This document shows positions 37,370 to 46,438 of a stretch of 64,000 bases of DNA, piece after piece. The translations under genes and the position numbers were made by a program. Every line of letters starts with the position of its first letter. Positions within the stretch are counted from its first letter, which is position 1. The notes under the pieces are model-generated. The model had not been told where the DNA came from. It was given only the letters and a program-made list of their open reading frames with translations, and made no database searches. Origin of the DNA: a virus (lineage: Duplodnaviria > Caudoviricetes); IMG/VR virus record IMGVR_UViG_3300034523_000162, positions 1,842-65,841 of that record; one strand, written 5' to 3'.

Positions 37370-37756
37370 ATGTCCCAGCTCGAATACCTGCGCAAGGCCC
37401 GCACGCAAATGGCCGCCGCGATCAAGACCTTGTCCTCCGCCCTGGAGCACTTCGGGACCTGCCTGACCGGTAAGCCCTACATCCTGTCCCTGGCCGACTG
37501 CCAGTCCCATTGCCTCTCCCGCGCCGACGGTGAGTGGATGGTCTGCGCCGCCTCCGACCTGCTCACCGATGTTGCCCGCTTTAACCTGGAAGACGCCGAA
37601 CAGTTGGCGGCCGCCATGGTCGAACAGGGCGAGTCGGAGCTGGTCGCTGTGCTGGCGCTCGACTGGCAGCGCGCCCGCCTGGTGGAAAGCCGCCAGGCCT
37701 TGGCCTCACTCGACGACTTGATCGCCGAGCAAGAGCCTCTTGCACCCGCCGCCTAA
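37370..37756 (+). CDS. Hypothetical protein
   Basis: GGAG RBS before ATG 37370 (MSQLEYLRK). Confidence 0.65.
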   Translation: MSQLEYLRKARTQMAAAIKTLSSALEHFGTCLTGKPYILSLADCQSHCLSRADGEWMVCAASDLLTDVARFNLEDAEQLAAAMVEQGESELVAVLALDWQRARLVESRQALASLDDLIAEQEPLAPAA

Positions 37757-37788
37757 AAACGAACAACGAACACCCTGGAGTCCCCCTT

Positions 37789-38220
37789 ATGTCGCAAGCG
37801 TCGCAAGAGCGTTATGTGCGCCACACCATCGCCATCCTGGACAAGGCCATTGCCGCCCTGGACAGCGCGATCAACCCTGGAAGCCCGGCCACGGCCGAAG
37901 CCCCCTACATCCTGGTCGAGCCCTCCGACCCTGACCGTGGCCTGGTGCTGCTGGGTTCGCCTGCTGCCCCGTCGGTAGCCCTGCTGCCTGACCTGCTGAC
38001 CGGTGTGCCGCGCTATCAGATGGATGATGCAGACCAGGCCGCGCGTAACTTTGCCGCCAAGACCGGCCGCTCGCTGCTGCGGATCAATGCTCGAATCTGG
38101 CAGCTGCAGCGCCTCCAGGAGCTGTACGAATGCCGCGAAGGCCTGGAAGCCCAGCTGTTCACCATTCCGCGCCAAGTCATCCACGTTCACCCGGACTTCT
38201 GCTCGCAGGCATTGCAATGA
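37789..38220 (+). CDS. Hypothetical protein
   Basis: GGAG RBS. Confidence 0.65.
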   Translation: MSQASQERYVRHTIAILDKAIAALDSAINPGSPATAEAPYILVEPSDPDRGLVLLGSPAAPSVALLPDLLTGVPRYQMDDADQAARNFAAKTGRSLLRINARIWQLQRLQELYECREGLEAQLFTIPRQVIHVHPDFCSQALQ

Positions 38221-38366
38221 TGCCTGCGCTGCGCCGCCTACGGCGCCACCGTGGCGTGCTTGGCGGCCTGCTCTTTGTCCTTGTGGCCTCTGGCAGTCTT
38301 GCGCTTGCTGGGGCCTTTGCCGTGGGCGCCGCCTGGCGCAACTGGAGGGCCCGCCAGCGGCCGTAA
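38217..38366 (+). CDS. Small membrane peptide
   Basis: ATGA overlap; basic-hydrophobic-basic profile (GVLGGLLFVLVASGSLALAGAFAVGAAW). Confidence 0.5.
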   Translation: MMPALRRLRRHRGVLGGLLFVLVASGSLALAGAFAVGAAWRNWRARQRP

Positions 38367-38402
38367 AATAGGCGTCCCTTTCCGCCCCCGGACGCCTTCC
38401 CC

Positions 38403-38723
38403 ATGCAGCCCCCGAACACCATCAAGATCACCCGCGACGCCGACGGGCGTGTCGTGTCTGTCCTCCTCCCGGTGCGCGACCATGAAGTGCTCGCCCCGCT
38501 GATCACCTGGGCCTCTCGCCGCACGCGCTACACCTACCTGGCCGAAGCGGCCGTGTTCACCTCCACCCTGGCCGTCTCCTCGATCGTCGACAGCACCTGG
38601 TTGACCGTCCTCTGGTACCTGCTGACCGCTCCTGTGCTGTTCTGGTCCAGCGAGGTGGCGAGCCGCGAGTTTGTGGTCGAGCGCTGGGCCGACCAGATCG
38701 CCAAGACCAAGGGGGTGTGGTGA
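38403..38723 (+). CDS. Hypothetical membrane protein
   Basis: Two hydrophobic segments; TGATG coupling to the next gene. Confidence 0.55.
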   Translation: MQPPNTIKITRDADGRVVSVLLPVRDHEVLAPLITWASRRTRYTYLAEAAVFTSTLAVSSIVDSTWLTVLWYLLTAPVLFWSSEVASREFVVERWADQIAKTKGVW

Positions 38724-39115
38724 TGGCTGCGTGCGTGATCGACGGTGCGCGGTGCACCGCCTGCTGCCAGGCGATCGGCCTGCATAGCAAGCGCCAAAAC
38801 CTCCGCAAGGCAGCCTTGCGCGGCGTGTGGGGCGACGTCCAGTTTGTCGCGGCCAACTGGAAGCCGATCAGCTGGCGCCGGGCGAAGAAGCGTAACCCCC
38901 ACATCGCCACGACGATGGTCAAAACGGCCAAGTCCTACTGGGTGTGCAAGCAGCTGACGCCGAAGGGCTGCGGCGCGTACCTGGACAGGCCGAACGTGTG
39001 CCGGGGCTTCCCCCGGTACGGGAACAGCCCGGAGGTGTTCAACGACCGCGTGCGCAAGCACGGGCCGGAATACCACCCGCGCTGTACCGAGTGGCAGCTG
39101 ATCGCTGTGCAATGA
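38723..39115 (+). CDS. YkgJ/CxxCxxCC-family cysteine cluster protein
   Basis: C..CTACC...CKQL..CGAYLDRPNVCRGFP. Confidence 0.75.
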   Translation: MAACVIDGARCTACCQAIGLHSKRQNLRKAALRGVWGDVQFVAANWKPISWRRAKKRNPHIATTMVKTAKSYWVCKQLTPKGCGAYLDRPNVCRGFPRYGNSPEVFNDRVRKHGPEYHPRCTEWQLIAVQ

Positions 39116-39116
39116 C

Positions 39117-39143
39117 AAAGGGCGCCGTAGGGCGCCCTTTTTG
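39117..39143. terminator. Bidirectional intrinsic terminator at the convergence point
   Basis: AAAGGGCGCC-GTAG-GGCGCCCTTTTT; a second hairpin AAAAAAGCCACC..GGTGGCTT lies at about 39168-39196. Confidence 0.75.
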
Positions 39144-39324
39144 TTGGCCTGGCCAAACGCCGGGCACAAAAAAGCCACCTTTGTGGGGTGGCTTGTTTGT
39201 CCGGCGGTGTTGCTACCGGGGGCGCTTCGCATGCAGTGATCGTCGGGTGTGACGCGACGAGGGGGAATATACCCGCCCTCCCCTGGCCCTGGTAGGCGAC
39301 CGTAAACAGCCCCAGTGTGGCCAG

Positions 39325-39690
39325 CTAGATCGGCTTGCGGTTCAGGTGCCAGTTTGGCAAGCCGCGCGGCCCTGGCTCAGGCGGCCATGGCGGGTCGACG
39401 GGCTCAGGCTCAGGCGTTGGCGCCGGCCGTTCCTTGCGATCGCTGCACACCAGGCGATAGAAGCCCCCGTCGTGGGGGTCCTCCCAGGGCTCGGGCATGC
39501 GAAAGCGCATGATGTGGCGCTTGCTGCATGGGTTGTAGTCCTCGGGCATCGTCCTGCGGCTCGTCCAGGGCTTGAAGCGGGCGCAATCCTCGCAGGACAG
39601 AATCTCGCCCTCCTCCAATACCGCGCGGGCCTTGGCGCGCTCCTCCAGCTCGTCGCGGAGCGCCTGGTCGCTGGCGTCCTCGACGCGCAT
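39325..39690 (-). CDS. Cys-containing hypothetical protein
   Basis: TGATG coupling; CEDC..C..C. Confidence 0.6.
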   Translation of the reverse strand: MRVEDASDQALRDELEERAKARAVLEEGEILSCEDCARFKPWTSRRTMPEDYNPCSKRHIMRFRMPEPWEDPHDGGFYRLVCSDRKERPAPTPEPEPVDPPWPPEPGPRGLPNWHLNRKPI

Positions 39691-40130
39691 CAGATGATGG
39701 TCACGCTGTCGCGGTCGGCCCGGTCCTGGATCTGCTCGAGCGTGAGGCCTCGGCAGCGCAGCTGGCGCATGTCATTGAGCTCGTCGTGGTGCTCGACGAC
39801 GGGGCCGCTGTGCTCGATGCCGTCCTGCATCCAGCGGATGGTGTCGCCGCGCTTGATCGGGGCGCGCACGCTGCCGCTGAAGTCGTGGGCCTTGAATCCG
39901 TCGCCCTTGGGCTGGGCCTGCTGGGTGATGGTCACCTCTGCAACGTGCTCGCTGCCGGCGGTGCCGGTGACGGCCCTGGTGGTGAACCATACCTTCTGCT
40001 CGACGCCGGCGGCGTCCAGGTCAATGCCGGCCGCCTGGGCGACGGCCTGGGCAATGACGCGCTTGAGTTCGTCGCCCGCCAGGCTGGCGGTGGTGGTTTG
40101 GGCGTGGGTGGTGGTGCGGTTCAGTTTCAT
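39690..40130 (-). CDS. Hypothetical protein
   Basis: AGGAG RBS; ATGA overlap at 40130. Confidence 0.6.
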   Translation of the reverse strand: MKLNRTTTHAQTTTASLAGDELKRVIAQAVAQAAGIDLDAAGVEQKVWFTTRAVTGTAGSEHVAEVTITQQAQPKGDGFKAHDFSGSVRAPIKRGDTIRWMQDGIEHSGPVVEHHDELNDMRQLRCRGLTLEQIQDRADRDSVTII

Positions 40131-40516
40131 GGCTGCTCCTGGGCAGGCTGTGGTGCTGGCAGGTACTCGCAAACCAGCGGAATGCAAAAGGTCATGGTCA
40201 GGATGGTGTCGACGCCGTCCTTGCACTGCTCGATGCGGCTGGCCAGCCAGAACCAGGAGTGAACCAGGCGGCGCTCGGCCGGCACGTTGGCCTCCAGGTC
40301 GGCTTTGAACTGGTCGTAGTTGGCCTGGGCCTTGGCGAAGGCCTCGGTGCGGCGGTAGATCGCGGCCGCGAAGCGCAGATTGTCGGCGCCGGCGATCAGC
40401 AGCACCTCGATGTCGGCCTCGCAGCTGATGAAGCCTGCCATTTTCTCGAACAGGCCGCCCACCAGGGCCTCGGCCTGCTGCATTTCGTGGGCGGTGACGG
40501 GGTGCAGGAGGTCCAT
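40127..40516 (-). CDS. Hypothetical protein
   Basis: GGAGG RBS. Confidence 0.65.
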   Translation of the reverse strand: MDLLHPVTAHEMQQAEALVGGLFEKMAGFISCEADIEVLLIAGADNLRFAAAIYRRTEAFAKAQANYDQFKADLEANVPAERRLVHSWFWLASRIEQCKDGVDTILTMTFCIPLVCEYLPAPQPAQEQP

Positions 40517-40519
40517 GGC

Positions 40520-41104
40520 TCAGGCCTCCCCTACCGCTGGCGCAAGGCCCAGGCTTTCGAGGCTGACGCCCTTGATGCTGGCCCAGCCGCGCCCGTACTC
40601 CTCGACCTTGGCCGCCTCCTCGGGGCTCAGGTCCTCGACCGACTCGACCGGGTATTGCAGGAGCACCGCCTTGCCCGTGGCGCGCGACACCACCTCAATG
40701 GCGGAGCCTGGCGCAAGCTGCGCCTGGTTGAGGACCTTGATGCCTACCCACACGCTGCCCTGGGCTGGCTGGCAATCGATGACGATGCCGTCGCGCACGT
40801 ACCACTCGGTGAAGTCCTGGTCGTGGTCCTCCAGGGTGATCTTCTGGACCTTGACCGGCGCCGGCTCGCCCTCGCGCACGGGGGTGCAATGATCCAGGGC
40901 GACGCAGCCCGACTTGCCCAGTAGCCAGATGACGGCGCTGTGGCCGCTCAGCACCTCGGCCTCGCCGTTGGTGCGGTAGCGCCCCGTCTCGCCCTTGCCC
41001 TTGATCGATTCATAGCTGACGAGGGTGCCGGATGGGTTGTCGCGGTTCCAGGCGTTGCACTGGGCTTGGAGCTGGTCTTCGGTGGGGCGTTGTGGTGCTG
41101 GCAT
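40520..41104 (-). CDS. Hypothetical protein (two-module)
   Basis: AEVLSGHSAVIWL..GCVAL and LEDHDQDFTEW..DCQPAQ..W modules; start uncertain. Confidence 0.65.
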   Translation of the reverse strand: MPAPQRPTEDQLQAQCNAWNRDNPSGTLVSYESIKGKGETGRYRTNGEAEVLSGHSAVIWLLGKSGCVALDHCTPVREGEPAPVKVQKITLEDHDQDFTEWYVRDGIVIDCQPAQGSVWVGIKVLNQAQLAPGSAIEVVSRATGKAVLLQYPVESVEDLSPEEAAKVEEYGRGWASIKGVSLESLGLAPAVGEA

Positions 41105-41160
41105 GACGGTGTACCTGTTGTGGTGTGTTGGTACTGGCAAAGCCCCGTCAGGCCGGGGCG

Positions 41161-41240
41161 TGCGCTATTTCGCTGGTTAGCGGCTTAGCCGCTTCGCTCT
41201 TTCGCTAAACCGCTAATTCGCTAAAGCGCGAAATAGCGGC
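41161..41240. repeat. 8-bp unit array B (about 10 units)
   Basis: TGCGCTAT TTCGCTGG TTAGCGGC TTAGCCGC TTCGCTCT TTCGCTAA ACCGCTAA TTCGCTAA AGCGCGAA ATAGCGGC. Confidence 0.85.
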
Positions 41241-41457
41241 GCACTTTGGTGTCGGGGCTCGGGCACTCGCAGCCCTTGATCTCGACGACTACGGTGTCTC
41301 CCCAGCGGGGCTGGACGGTGTAGCCGGCGAACAGCCATTGCCCCAGCAGCTTGCCCAGGTCGGCGCGGTCGGTGCGCTTTACGTCGGCGGCGCCAACATG
41401 GTTCAGGCAGCCGCCGCAGGTGGCCACAAAGGTGTTCGGGTGGACGGCGTTGCTCAT
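41221..41457 (-). CDS. Small Cys-containing hypothetical protein
   Basis: ATGA overlap, AGGAG RBS; MSNAVHPNTFVATCGGC... Confidence 0.55.
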   Translation of the reverse strand: MSNAVHPNTFVATCGGCLNHVGAADVKRTDRADLGKLLGQWLFAGYTVQPRWGDTVVVEIKGCECPSPDTKVRRYFAL

Positions 41458-42131
41458 GCCTGGGGCTCCTGGCGGGTGTAGGGGCGGCCGCGCACCAGCT
41501 CGATCACCTGGGCGTCCTCGTAGACGTCGGGCAGCTCCTCGCGGGTGGTGGCGACCATGTAGCGGTTGCCGCTGATGCCGTAGGCCAGGGTGGGGCGGTC
41601 GCGCAGCTCCTGGATTTCGGCGCGCAGGGCCTTGGCCGTCTCCTCGGCGGCCTCCATGTAGTCGGTCTTGTGCTGGCGCAGCTGGTCGATGGTGGCTTGC
41701 AGGGCCTTGTTCTGCTCCCGCAGGTCGTCGGCCTGCTGGCCGTACTCGCGGTATTCCTGGCGCAGCTGGGCCAGCCATGCGCTGCTGACCTGCTCGGTGC
41801 CCTCGGGCAGCTTCGGCGCTGGTGCGTGCATGGCGGGGGCGCACAGGTTGCACTTGGGGTCGCGGCAGTGGGGGCCGGCGCACCTGTTGGGCCGGTAGCG
41901 CTCCTCCCACTCGGCGGCACTGATACCGAGCCGGTCGGCCTCGACCATGGACGCCATCTGGATCTCGGCTTGGCTAACGTATTTGCCGGCCTCGATCTTG
42001 GCCAGTATCTCGGCCACCTTGGGCAGGACTGGGCTGGCGACGTCGGTTGGCGGGCTGTCGTTCCAGCACTCGGGGTCGGCGCAGCGGGGGCCGCCGTGGT
42101 TGCCGTCGCACTTGGTGGGCTTGCCGGTCAC
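41454..42131 (-). CDS. Hypothetical protein with Cys motifs and a coiled coil
   Basis: AGGAG RBS, GTGA overlap; CDGNHGGPRCADPECWND. Confidence 0.65.
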   Translation of the reverse strand: MTGKPTKCDGNHGGPRCADPECWNDSPPTDVASPVLPKVAEILAKIEAGKYVSQAEIQMASMVEADRLGISAAEWEERYRPNRCAGPHCRDPKCNLCAPAMHAPAPKLPEGTEQVSSAWLAQLRQEYREYGQQADDLREQNKALQATIDQLRQHKTDYMEAAEETAKALRAEIQELRDRPTLAYGISGNRYMVATTREELPDVYEDAQVIELVRGRPYTRQEPQA

Positions 42132-42439
42132 TTGTTGTTCTCCTTTGGCTTGGGCTTGATGCTGTCGGTGGGCCACCCCTTGCGGTCCATGAACTCGATC
42201 ATGGCCGTCTTGAAGATGGCGACGTGGTTGGCGTCGTGGGTGGCGCAGAACAGCCGAAACTGTTTGCGAAACTCGGCCTCCACCTTGAAGTTGCAGTCCA
42301 CCAGGGCTTTCGCCTGGGGTGTCTCGGTGTTGGTGGCCACGACGACGGTGTCTGCCGCGCTCTGTGGTGGCTCGCCCTTGCCGTGGGCCTTGCTGCCCGG
42401 GGGCTTGGGCATCTTCAATGCTGGCGGTTGGGTGGTCAT
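42128..42439 (-). CDS. Small ParA partner, putative centromere-binding (RHH/ParG-like) protein
   Basis: After parA; disordered basic N-terminus then DCNFKVEAEFRKQFRLFCATHD (beta-alpha-alpha pattern). Confidence 0.65.
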   Translation of the reverse strand: MTTQPPALKMPKPPGSKAHGKGEPPQSAADTVVVATNTETPQAKALVDCNFKVEAEFRKQFRLFCATHDANHVAIFKTAMIEFMDRKGWPTDSIKPKPKENNK

Positions 42440-42454
42440 GGGGGCTGACTTCCT

Positions 42455-42534
42455 TTCGCTGTTTCGTTCTATCGCTAGGCCGCGAATTCGTTATTTCGCG
42501 GCTTCGCTATTTCGCTATTTCGCTAATTCGCGGC
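42455..42534. repeat. 8-bp unit array C (10 units) filling the parA-partner intergenic region; candidate centromere
   Basis: TTCGCTGT TTCGTTCT ATCGCTAG GCCGCGAA TTCGTTAT TTCGCGGC TTCGCTAT TTCGCTAT TTCGCTAA TTCGCGGC. Confidence 0.9.
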
Positions 42535-43179
42535 TTAGCTGATTAGCTCGTTGAAGCGGTCGACGGCGGCTTGGACCACCTTGCCGGCGCGCTTGTTGAG
42601 GCTCGGGTATGGCGTCTCGATGATCGACCGGCCCTGGTCGTGCGCGGTGCGGTAGCCCGGGCGGTCGGGGATTTCCCCGTCCAGGGTGTGAAAGCGGGTC
42701 TTGTCCAGGTAGGTGCGGGCGGCGGCGATCTCGACGTCGCTGTTGCCGACCTTGTTGAGCGCGTAGACGATTCGCTCGATGGGTACACCGTGCTTATCCG
42801 CCAGGGTGTTGGCGAGGGTGACGGTGGGCTCCAGGTCGTCGAGGCAGAGGCCGGTGGGCAGGATCAGCAGGTTGACCGCCTTGGCCATGGCGACCGTCTC
42901 GTCGGTGGCCTGTGGCCCGCCGTCGATGATGATCATGTCGGCGTCACCGACCTGGGCGATGCCCGAGGCGACGCTGCCGCTCATCTGCACATGCAGCTCG
43001 GGCAGCACGTTGTTGACCAGCCGCCGGCGCATCCAGCTGGTGACTGTGCCCTGGCGCACGTCCAGGTCGATGATCTTCGTCTTCCAGCCGGCGTTGGTGA
43101 AGGCGACGGCCAGGGCGCGGTCGATCGTCGACTTGCCCGGGCCTCCTTTCTGCGATGCGCATCCGATCATGTAGGGCAT
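42535..43179 (-). CDS. parA: ParA family partition ATPase (short, type Ib)
   Basis: QKGGPGKST deviant Walker A, IDLD.RQ, IIIDG.P; 214 aa with no N-terminal HTH. Confidence 0.9.
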   Translation of the reverse strand: MPYMIGCASQKGGPGKSTIDRALAVAFTNAGWKTKIIDLDVRQGTVTSWMRRRLVNNVLPELHVQMSGSVASGIAQVGDADMIIIDGGPQATDETVAMAKAVNLLILPTGLCLDDLEPTVTLANTLADKHGVPIERIVYALNKVGNSDVEIAAARTYLDKTRFHTLDGEIPDRPGYRTAHDQGRSIIETPYPSLNKRAGKVVQAAVDRFNELIS

Positions 43180-43210
43180 GTGGCTCTCCTGGTGCTGCTG
43201 GGGGTCGTTG

Positions 43211-43558
43211 TTAGGCGTTGAGCTGTGGCAGGGCGGCGTCGATCTGCTTGCGCAGCCAGGTGCTGCCGCCCAGGGCGATAAAGCGCTTGCGGTAGTCCTC
43301 AGTCATGCGGGCGTGTACCCGGACGCTCTTGCGGTCTACGCCGTAGAAGCGCTGACGCTTGGGCTGGGTGCCCCGGGTTTCCGGCTCGATAGCGGTCGGG
43401 GCGTCCTCGGCCTGCAGCTCCTCAAGGGTGTTGAGGGCGCGGCCGTCGGTGGTGTAGACGCGCTGGCCGCCGGTGCTGACCATGGTGACGGCGCGCCGGA
43501 ACCAATCGCGGCCCTGGTAGCGCTTGACGTCTTCGCGGGTGATGAGGGTGGTGGTCAT
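43211..43558 (-). CDS. Hypothetical protein with a C-terminal putative DNA-binding module
   Basis: RMTEDYRKRFIALGGSTWLRKQID; AGGA RBS. Confidence 0.6.
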   Translation of the reverse strand: MTTTLITREDVKRYQGRDWFRRAVTMVSTGGQRVYTTDGRALNTLEELQAEDAPTAIEPETRGTQPKRQRFYGVDRKSVRVHARMTEDYRKRFIALGGSTWLRKQIDAALPQLNA

Positions 43559-43706
43559 GGGTCCTGGCTCCCGTGGTGTGCGTGCGTGGATTGTGTACGC
43601 ACACTAGCGGAAGCGCAAGGGGTAGGCCGTGGGTTATTTCCTACAGCTACAGTGCCGCCAAGTGGCGGCGGCTGCGGCTTGCGACGGGTTATGTGGTGTT
43701 GCAGCG

Positions 43707-44135
43707 CTACAGGGGGAGGCAGGTCTGGTGATGGATCTGCTGTAGGCCGCGCCAATCGAACGTGGCGGGCAGGCTGAATGCCTGGTCGATGGTGAGGCCG
43801 TGCTGAATGCGACGGCGGATGGTGCGCTCGCTTGCGTCGGCGAACGCGGCCAGCTCGGCGACGGTGCCGGTGCGGCCGTTCCAAGTGTAGAGGTGCCGGG
43901 CGCGGCGTGCTGCTCGAGCACGCGCCAGCGCCTCGGTGACGGCCGGGCTGGGGCTGCGGCTGACGCCCAGGCTGGAGCGACGCCCCGACCAGGTGAGCGG
44001 GGGCATGACGCCCAAGATCGCCCAAAACTTGTTGGTGCTCAGCTCCAGGGCCTTGCGGGTCTGCGTCTTCGACCAGCCCCGTTCTGCTGCGGCCTTGATG
44101 AAGGCCTCGATGTCTACGTTGTCGTGCGCTGCCAT
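43707..44135 (-). CDS. Putative DNA-binding (HTH) protein
   Basis: YTWNGRTGTVAELA..SERTIRRRI..G; GGAGG RBS. Confidence 0.6.
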   Translation of the reverse strand: MAAHDNVDIEAFIKAAAERGWSKTQTRKALELSTNKFWAILGVMPPLTWSGRRSSLGVSRSPSPAVTEALARARAARRARHLYTWNGRTGTVAELAAFADASERTIRRRIQHGLTIDQAFSLPATFDWRGLQQIHHQTCLPL

Positions 44136-44136
44136 G

Positions 44137-44325
44137 TCATGCCTCCTCAGTCTGGAACTGCCCGCTGGCCGGGAAGTACCTGGTGCAAGTTACCACCACG
44201 TCGACGCCGTCACGGCGATAGACGGGCATGTCTTGGAAGGGTAGGCGAGTGCAGTCACTCTCGCGCATGGCGCAAGACTGGCAGCGCCCGATGCGCGGGT
44301 GGTACTGCGTCTTGAGCTTTGTCAT
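44137..44325 (-). CDS. Small Cys-rich hypothetical protein
   Basis: ATGA overlap; CQSC..DCTRLPFQDMP. Confidence 0.6.
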   Translation of the reverse strand: MTKLKTQYHPRIGRCQSCAMRESDCTRLPFQDMPVYRRDGVDVVVTCTRYFPASGQFQTEEA

Positions 44326-44672
44326 GGCGTATCTCCCGCGCCCCTGGCCTCTGCGGCAGCGGACAACAGCTCCAGGCGGCGCGCGGACTCGTCGGCCAGC
44401 TCTTTGCGGTCCTGGTCGTTGTAGGCGGGCATGGGCACAAAGTCGATGCCAAAGCGGACCATTTCATTGACGGCGTCCATCACCTTGCGCAGGTGGCCTG
44501 GGTTGACGCGGTTGGTGTTGATCCAGGCGCTGTCGTCGGCTTCCAGGGCGTGTGGGTTGCCCGGGTGGGTGCAGTGGCTGCATGGCGCTCCGCCGAGGTG
44601 GCAGGCGCAGCCGCGTCCCTCGTTCTTGAATTCGTCGTGCAGGGCTTGGGCGGCGGGGGTGAGTGTCTTCAT
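44322..44672 (-). CDS. Hypothetical protein with CxCH..PCxxCTHP motif
   Basis: AAGGA RBS. Confidence 0.6.
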   Translation of the reverse strand: MKTLTPAAQALHDEFKNEGRGCACHLGGAPCSHCTHPGNPHALEADDSAWINTNRVNPGHLRKVMDAVNEMVRFGIDFVPMPAYNDQDRKELADESARRLELLSAAAEARGAGDTP

Positions 44673-44759
44673 TGACGAGGTTCCTTGGGTTCGTTGTGTT
44701 GTGCTTGTTTGCGGTGGAGCTGCTGGCGGCCGTCCCTCCCCGGTCGGGCCGCCTGCGGG

Positions 44760-45215
44760 TCAGGCCTGCGGGCCTGGGGCTTTTGCTTCGGGTGCCAGTG
44801 CTGCTGGGTCCAGCGCCAGCAGACGCTCGGCCAGGTGGCCGATCTGGCCCTCGGCGTGGGCGATGCGCTGGCGGGCCTGGCCAAGCTCGGCCAAGGCTTG
44901 CTGCTGGGCGGCGACGGCGCCTTTCAGCTGCTGGGTCAGCTCCGCGATGATCTCGATGGCCAGCGGGGCGCTGCCCTCGGCCTGCTGCTGGCGCAGGGTT
45001 TCATCTTGTCGGCTGGCGATCATCTGGCTAAAGGCCTGGTCGTCGAGGCCGGTGGATGCCTGCATGAAGTCCGGGACCATGGTGTCGGCGCGCAGGTAGC
45101 GGCCGTCCTTGTCGACCAGCTCGGCGGTGTACTGGCGGGTGCCGGCGGGCTTTACGTCCTGGAACGATCGGCGAACGCCCTGGAGCGGGGCGAGCGGTAC
45201 GGGTGCGATGGTCAT
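44760..45215 (-). CDS. Hypothetical coiled-coil protein
   Basis: ATGA overlap. Confidence 0.6.
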   Translation of the reverse strand: MTIAPVPLAPLQGVRRSFQDVKPAGTRQYTAELVDKDGRYLRADTMVPDFMQASTGLDDQAFSQMIASRQDETLRQQQAEGSAPLAIEIIAELTQQLKGAVAAQQQALAELGQARQRIAHAEGQIGHLAERLLALDPAALAPEAKAPGPQA

Positions 45216-45547
45216 GCTGCGTTCTCGGTGTTGGTTTCGGGGTCGGCTGGCGCGTCCAGGATCTGCTGGGCGGCGGCCAGCAGGGCGTCGTGGCTGGCCT
45301 GGATGGCGGCCGGCTCCATGGTGTCGCTCACCAGCGCCATGATTTTCTCCAGCACGGTGACGGCGTCGGCGGTGTGGCCTTCGATCTCGACGCCGTGCAG
45401 CAGGGTGGCGGCCTCGGGCATGGCGTCGAGCTGCTCAAAGATGGGGGCGAACAGGTCGTTGACGCGCTCGCTCAGCTTCTCGATGGCCATGTCGCGGATC
45501 TTCTGTTCCAGGGCGCTGATGGCGGCGCTGGTGTTGGCTTCTGTCAT
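45212..45547 (-). CDS. Acidic hypothetical protein
   Basis: GGAG RBS. Confidence 0.6.
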   Translation of the reverse strand: MTEANTSAAISALEQKIRDMAIEKLSERVNDLFAPIFEQLDAMPEAATLLHGVEIEGHTADAVTVLEKIMALVSDTMEPAAIQASHDALLAAAQQILDAPADPETNTENAA

Positions 45548-45562
45548 GGGGTGTCTCCGGGG

Positions 45563-45949
45563 TTAGTAGTCGCTGCTGGGGCTGCTGGAATCGCTGGAGC
45601 TGCTGCAGGAGCTGTGATCGCTCCCGCCACCCCAGCCACCGCTGTCGCGGCTGTCGTCTCGGCTCGGGGCGCATTCCTGGCGCGCGCTATCGCGCCCGGC
45701 GCCGGCTTCGCTGCTGTAGCGGGCCGGCTCCGGGGCTGGGGCGACGTAATAGACCTGGTTGGCGGGGTTAAGCGGGTTGAGCGGGTGCAGCGGGTTGCCC
45801 GTGATCGGGTCGGGGCTGGAGCTGCTGCCCACGGCGGTACTGGACGGGCCGCTGCCACTGCCGCTCGGGCGGCCTGGTGCGGGCTGTTTCATGCGGGGCG
45901 CGGGCGGGTTCTGCTTGGGTCTGAACAGGCGTCGGAAGCGGGAAATCAT
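45563..45949 (-). CDS. Ser/Gly/Pro-rich low-complexity protein
   Basis: GGAGG RBS before ATG 45949; NPLHPLNPLNP and a poly-Ser tail. Confidence 0.6.
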   Translation of the reverse strand: MISRFRRLFRPKQNPPAPRMKQPAPGRPSGSGSGPSSTAVGSSSSPDPITGNPLHPLNPLNPANQVYYVAPAPEPARYSSEAGAGRDSARQECAPSRDDSRDSGGWGGGSDHSSCSSSSDSSSPSSDY

Positions 45950-45983
45950 GTGCCCTCCGGGGCTCAATCTGGCCCGCCAATTC

Positions 45984-46001
45984 TGTAGGATTTTTCCCAT
46001 A
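45984..46001. promoter_or_regulatory. 18-bp operator-like palindrome
   Basis: TGTAGGA-TTTT-TCCCATA; related copies at 43628, 50753, 50869, 57881, 59695. Confidence 0.55.
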
Positions 46002-46156
46002 CCCGCAAGGGGGCACGCGGGGCCTTATATCGGCCTCCTCCCATGCCTTGTTGATGCTCCTCAAGCCCGCTATTGCCGTGGCTTCTGGCTCGCTGTTCAT
46101 GTCGAGCGCCGTGGCCGTTTTTCCGTCCTTGAATGTCACGATATATACCGACGCAC

Positions 46157-46438
46157 TCACAGCAGATTTCCTTGCACCGGACCCACGCTGCGGGCGACCA
46201 GGCGGCGCAACCGGCGGTAGATCTTGGCCCAGCGCTTGGGCTCGTCGTATTCCATGGACCAGTGCGGGCCGATCTGCTGGCCCTCGGTGTCCTGGGGCGC
46301 GTCCTCGTCGGGGTACTTGGCTTTGATGATCGCCCGCGTCTCGGCGTTGATGGCGGCGGCCTTGGACAGGTAGCGCCGGCCGGCGGTGGGTGCCCGGTAG
46401 ACCAGGGCGTGGGTGACGGCGATGCCCTTGGGGGTCAT
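46157..46438 (-). CDS. Hypothetical protein
   Basis: ATGA overlap; VYRAPTAGRRYLSKAAA. Confidence 0.6.
   Translation of the reverse strand: MTPKGIAVTHALVYRAPTAGRRYLSKAAAINAETRAIIKAKYPDEDAPQDTEGQQIGPHWSMEYDEPKRWAKIYRRLRRLVARSVGPVQGNLL

Noticed and set aside
35110-37370. Telomere resolution (telRL) palindrome of a linear phage-plasmid
   Set aside because: No long perfect inverted repeat was seen and there is no protelomerase gene in the window.
42455-42534. Repeat arrays as CRISPR
   Set aside because: Units are contiguous 8-mers with no unique spacers, and there are no cas genes.
45768-46160. Minus-strand ORF starting GTG at 46160
   Set aside because: The start is coupled plausibly, but the frame overlaps the next gene by about 180 nt and crosses an operator site; not supportable as a confident call.
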